From positions 1 to 43,307 of IMG/VR virus record IMGVR_UViG_3300016484_001134: a stretch of 43,307 nt of DNA; one strand, 5' to 3'. How positions within the stretch are numbered: the stretch's first letter is position 1; each line of letters opens with the position of its first letter. This DNA comes from a virus. Taxonomy: Duplodnaviria > Caudoviricetes. A program made the position numbers and the translations under genes. Of the stretch, positions 1-7,831 are shown piece by piece. The notes under the pieces were generated by a model that ran no database searches, was not told the origin of the DNA, and saw only the letters and a list, made by a program, of their open reading frames with translations.

Positions 1-524
1 TCATGCACCAGGATCGGCCGCCAGCTCCACTGCCGCAGGATCGCCGCCGGATGGTACGCGGGGAGGACCTTGGGCTTGTAATCCAGCCCCAATTCCAGGT
101 CACACTCCAGCGTCGATCCACGCCACGAGGTGATACCCCACTTGCCAGTCAAAGCCCACATGGACACGTTGCCCAGGGCGATGATGATGTTGGGCTTGAC
201 CTGTTCGATTTCCCGCTTGAGCAGGGCCAGGCCTTCCCACACCTGCGGCAGCACGTAGCGGTCGCGGAGCAGGGCGTGCTTCGGCGTGATGTCGGATTTC
301 CGCATCGCCATGAAGGCGCCCATGTCGTTGCCTGGAGGGCGGTCGCGGCAGACATTGGTCACGAAGCAAGTCGACCGCATGATCCCTGCTTCGTGCAGCA
401 TGCGGTCGAGTTCCTGGCCAGAGGCTCCGACGAACGGGATGCCTTTGACGACTTCCTGCTCGCCGGGGGCTTCTCCGACGATCATGATTCTGGCGGGGGC
501 GGGGCCGGTTGGGCGAATTTGCAT
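1..524 (-). CDS. N-terminal part of DNA polymerase: uracil-DNA glycosylase family 4-like domain (continues across the window junction at 43307)
   Basis: Missed by the ORF track. ATG at 524 with RBS AAAGGAGG. Translates MQIRPTGPAPARIMIVGEAPGEQEVVKGIPFVGASGQELDRML...FVTNVCRDRPPGN...IIALGN...YHPAAILR, which contains the UDG-F4 motifs GEAPG and HPAA. No stop codon before position 1. Confidence 0.9.
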   Translation of the reverse strand, partial: MQIRPTGPAPARIMIVGEAPGEQEVVKGIPFVGASGQELDRMLHEAGIMRSTCFVTNVCRDRPPGNDMGAFMAMRKSDITPKHALLRDRYVLPQVWEGLALLKREIEQVKPNIIIALGNVSMWALTGKWGITSWRGSTLECDLELGLDYKPKVLPAYHPAAILRQWSWRPILVH

Positions 525-555
525 GCGGCCTCCTTTGAAAGGGAAGGGTTGAGGA

Positions 556-771
556 TCAGCAGCGAGCGTGCAGGTAGTTGAAAACCCTGCGCATGGCGTA
601 GCTACGCGCGAGGCTTATCAGAGTGAACATCATCGTAACGCCGATGTCCTGCGACAGGCTTGTCTCCACCCCGAACAATGGCACGAGCCAGATCTGTGCT
701 GCTAGGGCGATCAGAAAGCCCAGCAACGTTTGACAGCAAGTCTCGATGAAGCTCTGCAGGCGACTTTGCAT
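556..771 (-). CDS. Small two-TM membrane protein of a common phage family
   Basis: 71 aa with two hydrophobic segments and a C-terminal S-x-x-RSY-x-x-RR-x-FN pattern; AAGGA RBS. Confidence 0.7.
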   Translation of the reverse strand: MQSRLQSFIETCCQTLLGFLIALAAQIWLVPLFGVETSLSQDIGVTMMFTLISLARSYAMRRVFNYLHARC

Positions 772-1093
772 TTCCTTGCTCCTTGATCAGCGCCTTGGCC
801 AGGATGCAGTAGTTGATGATGTCGTCGAGACGACCTTCGATGGGTTCGGACAGGACCTGCTCCGCGCCGGGGGCAAGCTGGTTTTTGCGAACGTAAGTCG
901 ACACCGCGTCGTAGTGCTTGGACAGGTAGATGAACAGCACGGTCAGGGGCTGGACGCCGGTCAGTGAACTGCCACGCTTGAAGTTGGCAAGGCGGTCGTC
1001 GGAGCCGGCGTACTCCGAGCCCTTGCTCTGCATGAGACGCCGAACGGCAAGGACCGTTTCGTTGACGATGATTTCAAATTCGTTGGAAGTCAC
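602..1093 (-). CDS. Putative all-alpha nucleotide-modification-associated / NTP pyrophosphohydrolase-like protein
   Basis: KGSEYA...LANFKR and EPIEGRLDDIINYCIL patterns. GTG start with GGAGA RBS. The 3' end overlaps the next gene by 170 nt. Confidence 0.55.
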   Translation of the reverse strand: MTSNEFEIIVNETVLAVRRLMQSKGSEYAGSDDRLANFKRGSSLTGVQPLTVLFIYLSKHYDAVSTYVRKNQLAPGAEQVLSEPIEGRLDDIINYCILAKALIKEQGNAKSPAELHRDLLSNVAGLSDRPSSTDLARAIVRGGDKPVAGHRRYDDVHSDKPRA

Positions 1094-1116
1094 AAGGTTC
1101 TCCAGGAAGGAAAGGG

Positions 1117-3006
1117 TTAAGGTCCGAGTTCTTCAATCATAACCCAACTTTGCGCCCGATCTATGTTGAGGGCTCCGCCACTGTCCTGCCAGTTCTCCAC
1201 CCGGATGCTATCGCCGGAGCGGCATCCAGTGTGAGTGCGGGTGTGGTAGACGTAAGTCATTTGTGTGGGGTGAGCTGGTTCGACAGTGTCAGGGTAGGCT
1301 GCCGCCCCCCCGCCGTTGACCAGGGAAGTCGCCTTGCGCACGCCGGCAGCGTTGGCAGCCCATGCCGTGCATGAGGTCACCTTCACCCGGCCCGGGCGCT
1401 TGACGTAGTGTTGGTTGTTGTTGCTGGTGGTGCTGTGGAGGCCGGAGGTGTCAGCGATGTCCACGCTGAAATCCACTGACTTCCAGGTTGCGTTGTTGAC
1501 GGAGTCGGTGCCAGCTCCCTTGATAATTGACACTGGTTCATGCATACCGCTGAACGGGGCGCCGGTCGCATTCCGCACGACGCAGTCGACGGCTTCGTTG
1601 CAATCGGACTTATTGTAGCCGGCGTTTGGGTACTCGATGGCGGGGACTTCGTTCAAGAACCCGTTGGTCATCGTGGGCACGGCTTGTCGGTCGTCGGCCG
1701 TGCAATTGACAAAGCGAATTCCTCGGGGGTAGCCGACCGAGCCAACTGTGCCCAGGGCGATGTGGAAGGCATACTTGTTGCCGACGTGCAAGCCGTTGGA
1801 GCCGGAATCGTAGGAGTGGCAGTTGGTGAAGGTGATGTTGCGGACATCGGGGTTTGTCAGCTCGGTCTTGCCAGAGACCTCGAATCCCGCTCGCCCGCAC
1901 TTCTCCGCTGTGCAACCGTCGACAGTGCCGTCATGGGCGGAGTTGGCGAATTTCAGCCCAAACGTCCCTGCGTTCTTGGCGCGCAGTTCTGAGAGGCTGA
2001 AATTGTAGTTGCCGACGGAGCCGGTGAAGTCGAAACACTGATCCGCGTTGTCGACGATGGAGCCGGTCCAGGTGATGTCGGAGCATCCAGTGATAGCGTA
2101 GCCTCTGGACCAGCGGCGGGTGCTGACGCCAGTGATGTTGACGGCGCCGCCTCCGTTGACCTGGACCTTCGTGCAGTTGTTAATGGCGATGCCGTTTAGG
2201 ACATCGTCAGAAGCCCCCACGTCGTGGTAGCACTCCCGCGCCCAGACGTTGTCGAGCTTGAGCCGTTCGATGCCAGAGAGAAACAGGCCATTGCCCGGCC
2301 CCATGTTCAGCACTGTGACGTCTTCGAGGGTGATGTCGGTCGCCTCGCCATCGACGTCGTCGATCCAGATCCCGGCATAGTCCGCCATTGTCCCGCCGGA
2401 CCAATTCGAGCCGGCATCGACCGTGACCTTGTAGAGGAAGAAGCCGGACTGCGCGCGAATGAACAGCGTGCGGCAGTTGGCCGTGTATGGGGCTCGCTGG
2501 ATGAGCTTGGTGTGCATCAATCCCTTGAAGCCGTTGGGAACCGTGCCGAGGCCTTCGATGGCGTAGGACAGGCCAAGGCCGGTGACGGGGAACCCAATGC
2601 CCAATGCGGCTTTGAACTGCACCGTGTCCAGCGTCACGCCGTCGCCGACACAACCGAACTGCGGCAGAGTCAGGATACCGCCCGGGAGCAGCAACAGCCA
2701 CCGGCCTGGAACGGTCAGGTCGAAACTCGCCGGTCGGATGACAGACCCGCCGTTGTCCTGCGCTGTGCTGCTGGCCGCCCAGGCGTAGATGCTGTGAGTC
2801 GTCTGCACAACGCACAAGGCCCCGCGACCGCTTTGCGGCGGGATGAATGTGCGGAGTTCGCTGACCGAACTGGCAAACGTGCCAGAAGAATCGAGTTCGG
2901 TCAGCAGCCGGGTCATGGCGTTGAGGCCATCGCCGGACAGGTAGTAGAGTTCCCTCCCATCCCGAGAGGCGTAGAACCCCTGGTTGTAGAAGTTGTCAGC
3001 TGCCAT
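1117..3006 (-). CDS. Tailspike / depolymerase-like protein with a right-handed parallel beta-helix
   Basis: DNGGSVIRP...GRW tailspike-type N-terminal motif, then FGCVGDGVTLDT (pectate-lyase-3-like start) and repeated Asn/Gly/Cys-rich beta-helix turns; 629 aa. Confidence 0.8.
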   Translation of the reverse strand: MAADNFYNQGFYASRDGRELYYLSGDGLNAMTRLLTELDSSGTFASSVSELRTFIPPQSGRGALCVVQTTHSIYAWAASSTAQDNGGSVIRPASFDLTVPGRWLLLLPGGILTLPQFGCVGDGVTLDTVQFKAALGIGFPVTGLGLSYAIEGLGTVPNGFKGLMHTKLIQRAPYTANCRTLFIRAQSGFFLYKVTVDAGSNWSGGTMADYAGIWIDDVDGEATDITLEDVTVLNMGPGNGLFLSGIERLKLDNVWARECYHDVGASDDVLNGIAINNCTKVQVNGGGAVNITGVSTRRWSRGYAITGCSDITWTGSIVDNADQCFDFTGSVGNYNFSLSELRAKNAGTFGLKFANSAHDGTVDGCTAEKCGRAGFEVSGKTELTNPDVRNITFTNCHSYDSGSNGLHVGNKYAFHIALGTVGSVGYPRGIRFVNCTADDRQAVPTMTNGFLNEVPAIEYPNAGYNKSDCNEAVDCVVRNATGAPFSGMHEPVSIIKGAGTDSVNNATWKSVDFSVDIADTSGLHSTTSNNNQHYVKRPGRVKVTSCTAWAANAAGVRKATSLVNGGGAAAYPDTVEPAHPTQMTYVYHTRTHTGCRSGDSIRVENWQDSGGALNIDRAQSWVMIEELGP

Positions 3007-3007
3007 A

Positions 3008-4438
3008 CTAGACTCCCGAGAAGAAATCCGGTGTTTCCATTTCCTTCATCGCCTGGAGCCGCTTGAGCGACAAGGCGTAGTATTCGGGGGTCAGTTCGCA
3101 GCCGACCGCGACGCACTTAAAGCCGTGGGCGGCCGGGAAGATCGGGCCGGTTCCGGCAAAGCCGTCGAAGACCCGGTCTCCCGGGCGGACACTGCGCTGG
3201 AGCAGGTTCTGGAACACTGCAACAGGCTTCTGGGCGCCGTGGGACAGGTTCTCGTCGGCGGCGCAGCTGATCACATCCGGGTAGATGTGGGTGACGGGCT
3301 TGTCGCCTTTGAAGGCGTAGAGGACGACTTCGTACTGGCGGCGTGGGCCGTGCTCGGGCAGCGGCACCCGGCCGGAATTGGGCTTGACGCAGATCAGCGG
3401 CGTGCGGAACACATACCAGCCAGCGCCTTGCATCATCGACTTGAGTTCGTGGAAGTTGTCGATGTCACAGAACACATAGGCGTGGGCCTGCGGCTTGGTG
3501 ACGGCGAAGGACAGCGGGCACCACTCCTGCATGAGCTTTTTCCAGGACTCGTAACTGTCGTCGTAGTGGTGCTCGATGCCGGAGAGCTTGCCGCCGCCGT
3601 CACCGAAGTTGTCAGCGCCCATGCCGTAAGGGGGGTCGGTGGCGATGACGTCGAACTTGGACATGGCAGAGCCATTGGCGACTTCCCGCATGTACTGCAA
3701 GCAGTTGACGTTGAGCAGTCGGTGGGAGTCGACGGTGAAGGTCGCGCCGATCTGGGTCGCCAGCTCGATGTTTTTCTTCCGCTCCTCGTCCTTTTTCAGC
3801 AGCTTGAATGCTTCGTCGACGTTTTTGGCCTTGGCGATGACAGGGTTGTCGAGGTGCTGGGCGACGATGATTTCCTTGCGGACGGTGGCCTGGTAGTCGC
3901 CCATGGCGCCAGCGGGGAGGTTTGCAGATTGGGGGTAGACTTCGCGGGCGGTGTCGGCGACGGTGTGCTGCGGGAACTGATCAGCAACCGCTGAGGCATC
4001 GCCGTGGATCGTGCCTGCCCTGGCGGCGGCCTCGAATTCCGCGTCCTTCTGAGCGGCCCGCAGCTCATGAAGCCTTTTCACCGCCGCCGCATGCTCCTGC
4101 CAGGTCAGATCCCTCCGCTTGAGATTCTCGTCGAGTTCCGCTTCTTCTGCTTCGAGGATGGAAAGCTCGCCCAGCGACACGCAGGGGAACGCGCCGGATG
4201 GCACCAGCGCGCCGTTGTAGGAAATCACCCCGCCCAGCTGGTAAATCTCCGAAATCGCTCGCAGCCGACGCTCCCCGGCCACTAGGATCTGCTTGCCGTC
4301 CTGATCCCGCACGACAATGGCGTGCATCAGGCCGCAATCCTGGATCGAGTTCTTGAGGTCTTGCAGGGCCTCGGGGTCGAACTCCTGTCGCTGGCGGTTT
4401 TCGGCGATAACGATCTGGGGCAAGGTGAGAAAGCGCAT
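3008..4438 (-). CDS. ParB/Srx-like N-terminal domain fused to a beta-class N6-adenine/N4-cytosine DNA methyltransferase
   Basis: RQRQEF...L.NSI..CGLMHAIVV...LVAGERRLRA...ENLKRRDL (ParB-N), then DPPY (motif IV) preceding DGFAGTG (motif I), and HGAQKP. Start taken at ATG 4438; the ORF extends to 4516. Confidence 0.85.
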   Translation of the reverse strand: MRFLTLPQIVIAENRQRQEFDPEALQDLKNSIQDCGLMHAIVVRDQDGKQILVAGERRLRAISEIYQLGGVISYNGALVPSGAFPCVSLGELSILEAEEAELDENLKRRDLTWQEHAAAVKRLHELRAAQKDAEFEAAARAGTIHGDASAVADQFPQHTVADTAREVYPQSANLPAGAMGDYQATVRKEIIVAQHLDNPVIAKAKNVDEAFKLLKKDEERKKNIELATQIGATFTVDSHRLLNVNCLQYMREVANGSAMSKFDVIATDPPYGMGADNFGDGGGKLSGIEHHYDDSYESWKKLMQEWCPLSFAVTKPQAHAYVFCDIDNFHELKSMMQGAGWYVFRTPLICVKPNSGRVPLPEHGPRRQYEVVLYAFKGDKPVTHIYPDVISCAADENLSHGAQKPVAVFQNLLQRSVRPGDRVFDGFAGTGPIFPAAHGFKCVAVGCELTPEYYALSLKRLQAMKEMETPDFFSGV

Positions 4439-4559
4439 GATGGGTGGGGTGGGTTGGGAGCCGGCCGAGTTTTCGAGGCGGGAGGGGCGCGCGCCGGGCC
4501 GGAATCGGGCCGCCATTCGTTCGAGCGAGGGGAGGGTAGGTTAGGGTACCCCCCGGCCT

Positions 4560-4985
4560 CCGCGGACGCGCCATGAGGCGCGATTTCCCGAACGCGTTTC
4601 GAATAGAAAACCCAGCAGGCGGGCTCAAGGCCAATTCCGCACGTCGTGCGGCAGGGAGGCAGCACTCTAGAAAGAACGATCTGCTGGGTGCAAAGGGCAG
4701 TGCACAAGTTCACTTCCGGCGGCCCCCTAGGATGTGGGCCCCTGCAAGGCTGACTACTTGCTCACAGTGGCAGTGATACGCGCACTGCCCTTTGCACTCT
4801 GCCCCTCGTCCGCCTTACAGCGTCGCGTTTAACGGGCGGGCCGCCCGGACTGTCTACGCCCACCAGGGTTAGTCAAGGTTATTGCCTTGACCTCAGCCAG
4901 GAATCGGACCTGACCTTATACCTCACCAAACCTCAGTCAGCGAGCCGGAATCGAACCAGCCTGCTCTGGCGCCCTTGTGGGCTTG
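4560..4985 (-). ncRNA. Candidate structured non-coding RNA with tRNA T-arm-like hairpins
   Basis: No credible CDS. Many stems, including a 16-bp perfect IR 4688-4703/4782-4797, a 9-bp IR 4610-4618/4681-4689 and two T-loop-like hairpins (GCTGG-TTCGATT-CCGGC; GTCAGG-TCCGATT-CCTGGC). Strand inferred from flanking genes and T-loop orientation. Confidence 0.4.
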
Positions 4986-5435
4986 TCAGATGTGCGCGAC
5001 CTGCTTGATCTCCGCGAACGTGTCCGCGCCGTCGACACGGTGCTCGACCTTGACCTTGGCCACACGCCCCACCAGCATGGTCGGGGCGAAGGGCTGGCCG
5101 TTGGCGTTGAGGTCCACGGCTTCCCGCAGGCGGCCCAGGCCGACGTTTTTGCCCTTGCCCATGTCCAGGCCGCCGTTGTCCTGGAGGTCGAGCATGATGC
5201 CCTGCTTGCAGGTGACCTTTTCGCGGTCGAGCAGCTGCTTCACGGCCGGGTCGTCGATGAGCCAGGTCACGTCGAGGGCGACGCCGGCCTTGGACGGGTC
5301 GTTTCTGGACTGCCACTGGCGGGCCTTGACGGAGTCGATCACGGCGACGTATTCGCCGACGGGCACGGGAATGAGCTTGGTGTCGTTGGATTCGGTGACT
5401 GCGGAGTCGAGGAAGGTGTCGGGGTTGAAGTCCAT
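4986..5435 (-). CDS. Putative single-stranded DNA-binding protein (DUF669-like OB fold)
   Basis: MDFNPDTFLD...PVPVGEYVAVI...; 149 aa; GGAG RBS; adjacent to the Sak4-like ATPase. Confidence 0.65.
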   Translation of the reverse strand: MDFNPDTFLDSAVTESNDTKLIPVPVGEYVAVIDSVKARQWQSRNDPSKAGVALDVTWLIDDPAVKQLLDREKVTCKQGIMLDLQDNGGLDMGKGKNVGLGRLREAVDLNANGQPFAPTMLVGRVAKVKVEHRVDGADTFAEIKQVAHI

Positions 5436-5541
5436 GGAATGCTCCAGATTGGATGGGATGGAAGTGAGGGAAAAAGGATGCCGCTGCTCAATTAACCCGC
5501 GTGTTGCAGTCAGCGGCCAGCTGCCATGCGCGGGAATGGGG

Positions 5542-5570
5542 ATGATGGATTGCGGTGGGGAAGGTGTCAA
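5542..5570 (-). promoter_or_regulatory. sigma70-like promoter upstream of the SSB gene
   Basis: TTGACA-N17-CATCAT on the minus strand. Confidence 0.55.
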
Positions 5571-5579
5571 GCTCCTTGT

Positions 5580-6479
5580 TCAAGCAACGCCGCCGCGGGC
5601 CTTCCACTTCGCAATCACACTTGCAAAGGTCGGAGCATTGTCCGCCTTGATCGGGAGATTGCGGGTCTTGACGTCGGCCAGGGCGGAGTTGGTGTCCCAG
5701 GTCCACACTGACCCTGTGCGAGTGGTCAGCACAACATCGCTGAACATCGCCGGGATCTTCGGGGCCAGGGCCTTGCCCAGGGTGCTGGCCATGAGCTTGA
5801 CCCCGCCGAGGACCTGGTCTGTTTCCCGCTCGACGTGGGCCAGGAGAACGAAATGGCAGGCGCAGTTGTCGCAGAGCATGCGCACGACCTTTTCAACCTG
5901 GTCCTGGGCGATGCCCCAGTCGGATTGAGACTTGACCGGCTTGCCTCCGACGACAAGGGACAAGGCGGCCCGACCCACGCCTGTCAGGCCGTCGATGACC
6001 AACGCCCGGCTCGGCCCCCAGCTCGACACGTCGCCGAACTTCTGCCCGGTGCGGTCGTCGGGGAAATCGTGCAGGGTGTTGAGCAGGGTGAGGAACTGGT
6101 TGTGCTTGGACTTGTTGACGTCGGTCATCTTGGCCAGCGAGTCCAGGGACAGGGTGTTGATCTTGGTCGCGGCGTCGATGAGGTCGGAGAAGCCGGCGGT
6201 CGGGGCCTTGAGGATGTGCCAGTGGAGATTGGCCGGGATCTCTTTGCCCTTGTCGGTGTAGTAGCCCAGGAGAGACTCCAGGCCAGGTTCGAGGGCGAGA
6301 TAGAAGACTTCGATGCCGGTGTCGACTAGGGTGCCGATGGAGTGGGTCTTGCCGGTTCCAGCGGGGCCCATCAGGAGGACGTTGACGCCGGGGAGGGCGG
6401 ACTTGGGAGAGTCAGTAGCCGCAGCGGAGGCCGCCATGGCTTGCTGCTGCTGGGCGCGGTTTTGGTCGATTGTGCTCAT
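5580..6479 (-). CDS. AAA_24 / Sak4-like P-loop ATPase (ssDNA annealing/recombination)
   Basis: Walker A GPAGTGKT, Walker B LVIDGLT, VLLAH; lies between the exonuclease and the SSB. Confidence 0.8.
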   Translation of the reverse strand: MSTIDQNRAQQQQAMAASAAATDSPKSALPGVNVLLMGPAGTGKTHSIGTLVDTGIEVFYLALEPGLESLLGYYTDKGKEIPANLHWHILKAPTAGFSDLIDAATKINTLSLDSLAKMTDVNKSKHNQFLTLLNTLHDFPDDRTGQKFGDVSSWGPSRALVIDGLTGVGRAALSLVVGGKPVKSQSDWGIAQDQVEKVVRMLCDNCACHFVLLAHVERETDQVLGGVKLMASTLGKALAPKIPAMFSDVVLTTRTGSVWTWDTNSALADVKTRNLPIKADNAPTFASVIAKWKARGGVA

Positions 6480-6490
6480 GGTGTCACTTT

Positions 6491-6510
6491 GAAAGGGCCC
6501 CGAAGGGCCG
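6491..6510 (-). terminator. UUCG hairpin, possible weak terminator or processing site
   Basis: Minus strand GGCCC-TTCG-GGGCC followed by CTTT, in an intergenic gap. Confidence 0.35.
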
Positions 6511-6527
6511 GGTTTGAGCGGAGCGGC

Positions 6528-6971
6528 TTAACCGCGATCGACCTTGTCCTGCCGCAAGTTGTCGGCGTTGCAACCGATGCCGTAGGTACCCACGCCTTGG
6601 GGATGGTCACTGTTCCAACCTGCCCAACCGCCAGCCCCGCCGGCTCCGGCAACAGTCACGTTTCGCAGGTAATGCTTCTCCCTGCTCATCAGCCTGTCGA
6701 CTTCCTTCGCCGCCTGCTGGTACTGGTACGGCATCCAGCGATAGTGCGGGTAGGGCACCGGCACCGGGCTGTGGGGCACGTGGGTGTGGCACGTGCCGCT
6801 GCCGTCGTCCGGGTCGATGACCAGGAGGTTGACCGGGGTGAAGGCACTGGCCTGATAGGCCGGAGCGTGGACCTTGATGACGGTCGCGTCGTGCGGGTCG
6901 ACTTGCGTGTCGTCGGCGTAGAAGTAGACCTTGCGGCCGACAGTGGGGGTGATGGTGACATCGAGGGACAT
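6528..6971 (-). CDS. Hypothetical protein
   Basis: MSLDVTITPTVGRKVYFY...; AGGAG RBS; coding-like codon usage. Confidence 0.7.
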   Translation of the reverse strand: MSLDVTITPTVGRKVYFYADDTQVDPHDATVIKVHAPAYQASAFTPVNLLVIDPDDGSGTCHTHVPHSPVPVPYPHYRWMPYQYQQAAKEVDRLMSREKHYLRNVTVAGAGGAGGWAGWNSDHPQGVGTYGIGCNADNLRQDKVDRG

Positions 6972-7023
6972 TGGAGGCTCCTGGTGTGGGTTGTCGCAGA
7001 ACCGCTGCGACGCCGGACTGCGA

Positions 7024-7269
7024 TCAGTTGATAGTGGGAGTGCCGTGCAGAGCCCTGGCGAACTCCAGGATTTCCCGGTGCATGTCAGCGAGAATGGCGA
7101 CTCCGACTTCCTCCGGAACTGCCTCCTCCGTGGCGGAATCCAGAACCCCGGCCACGACAGAAGCCCCTGCAAAGAAGATCTGCCGCATGGAGCTGCGCTG
7201 TCTATCGCTGACACCGTCGGGAAAGCACTTGGCGATCATGTCGTCGAAATTGCTGTCGATGATGCCCAT
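7024..7269 (-). CDS. Hypothetical protein
   Basis: MGIIDSNFDD...RQIFFAGA...; starts right after the upstream stop; AGGAAGGA RBS. Confidence 0.65.
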   Translation of the reverse strand: MGIIDSNFDDMIAKCFPDGVSDRQRSSMRQIFFAGASVVAGVLDSATEEAVPEEVGVAILADMHREILEFARALHGTPTIN

Positions 7270-7273
7270 GATG

Positions 7274-7831
7274 TCACTGTCCTTCCTGCTTGTCAGCCCT
7301 GGCCTGCGCCGCGGTGTCGGAGTAGCTTCCGCCCGGGTAGCGCTTGATGAGCTTGACGCGGTTGCTGCGGTCAAGGTCTTTGAGGGTGAAGCCGTAGAAG
7401 TTGGCAACCGTGCTCAGCAGGATGCGGAGCTGGTAGAGGCTGACGAGCATCGCAGTGCTGTGCAAGGCCTCCAGCGGCTTGCCGTAGATCCAGGTCTTCT
7501 TGCTGAGGTCGAGGAAGTTGCCGGCCTCTTCCAGCAGCCGCTCGCTGGCGTGGTGTAGGTCGTAACCGACGGGGAGCTTCATGGCCAGCCCGCCGATCCT
7601 GGTGATTTCGGCGTCGGGGAACTGGTTGAAAGCCGCCTGGATGTAGAAGCGGATGTCGCCCAGTTCTTCCAGCTGCTCGTCGCGGTCGCCGGCGTGGCGC
7701 AGCTCGACCACTTCCCCGATGATGCCGACGGCTGCGTGGGCGAGCCGCTCGGGGATGGAGTCAGGCTTGGTGAACAAGCCGGCGACGAAGTTGCTGTAGG
7801 TGGTGGTCATCAGATTGTGGTAGTCTGACAT
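7274..7831 (-). CDS. MazG-like nucleotide pyrophosphohydrolase
   Basis: HAAVGIIGEVVEL...EELGDIRFY acidic motif, a second degenerate repeat (LLEEAGNFLDLSKK) and a C-terminal N..KL.KRYP...YSD..AQARADK. Confidence 0.8.
   Translation of the reverse strand: MSDYHNLMTTTYSNFVAGLFTKPDSIPERLAHAAVGIIGEVVELRHAGDRDEQLEELGDIRFYIQAAFNQFPDAEITRIGGLAMKLPVGYDLHHASERLLEEAGNFLDLSKKTWIYGKPLEALHSTAMLVSLYQLRILLSTVANFYGFTLKDLDRSNRVKLIKRYPGGSYSDTAAQARADKQEGQ

Noticed and set aside
4930-4985. Complete tRNA gene
   Set aside because: Only a T-arm is present; no cloverleaf or CCA end could be built.
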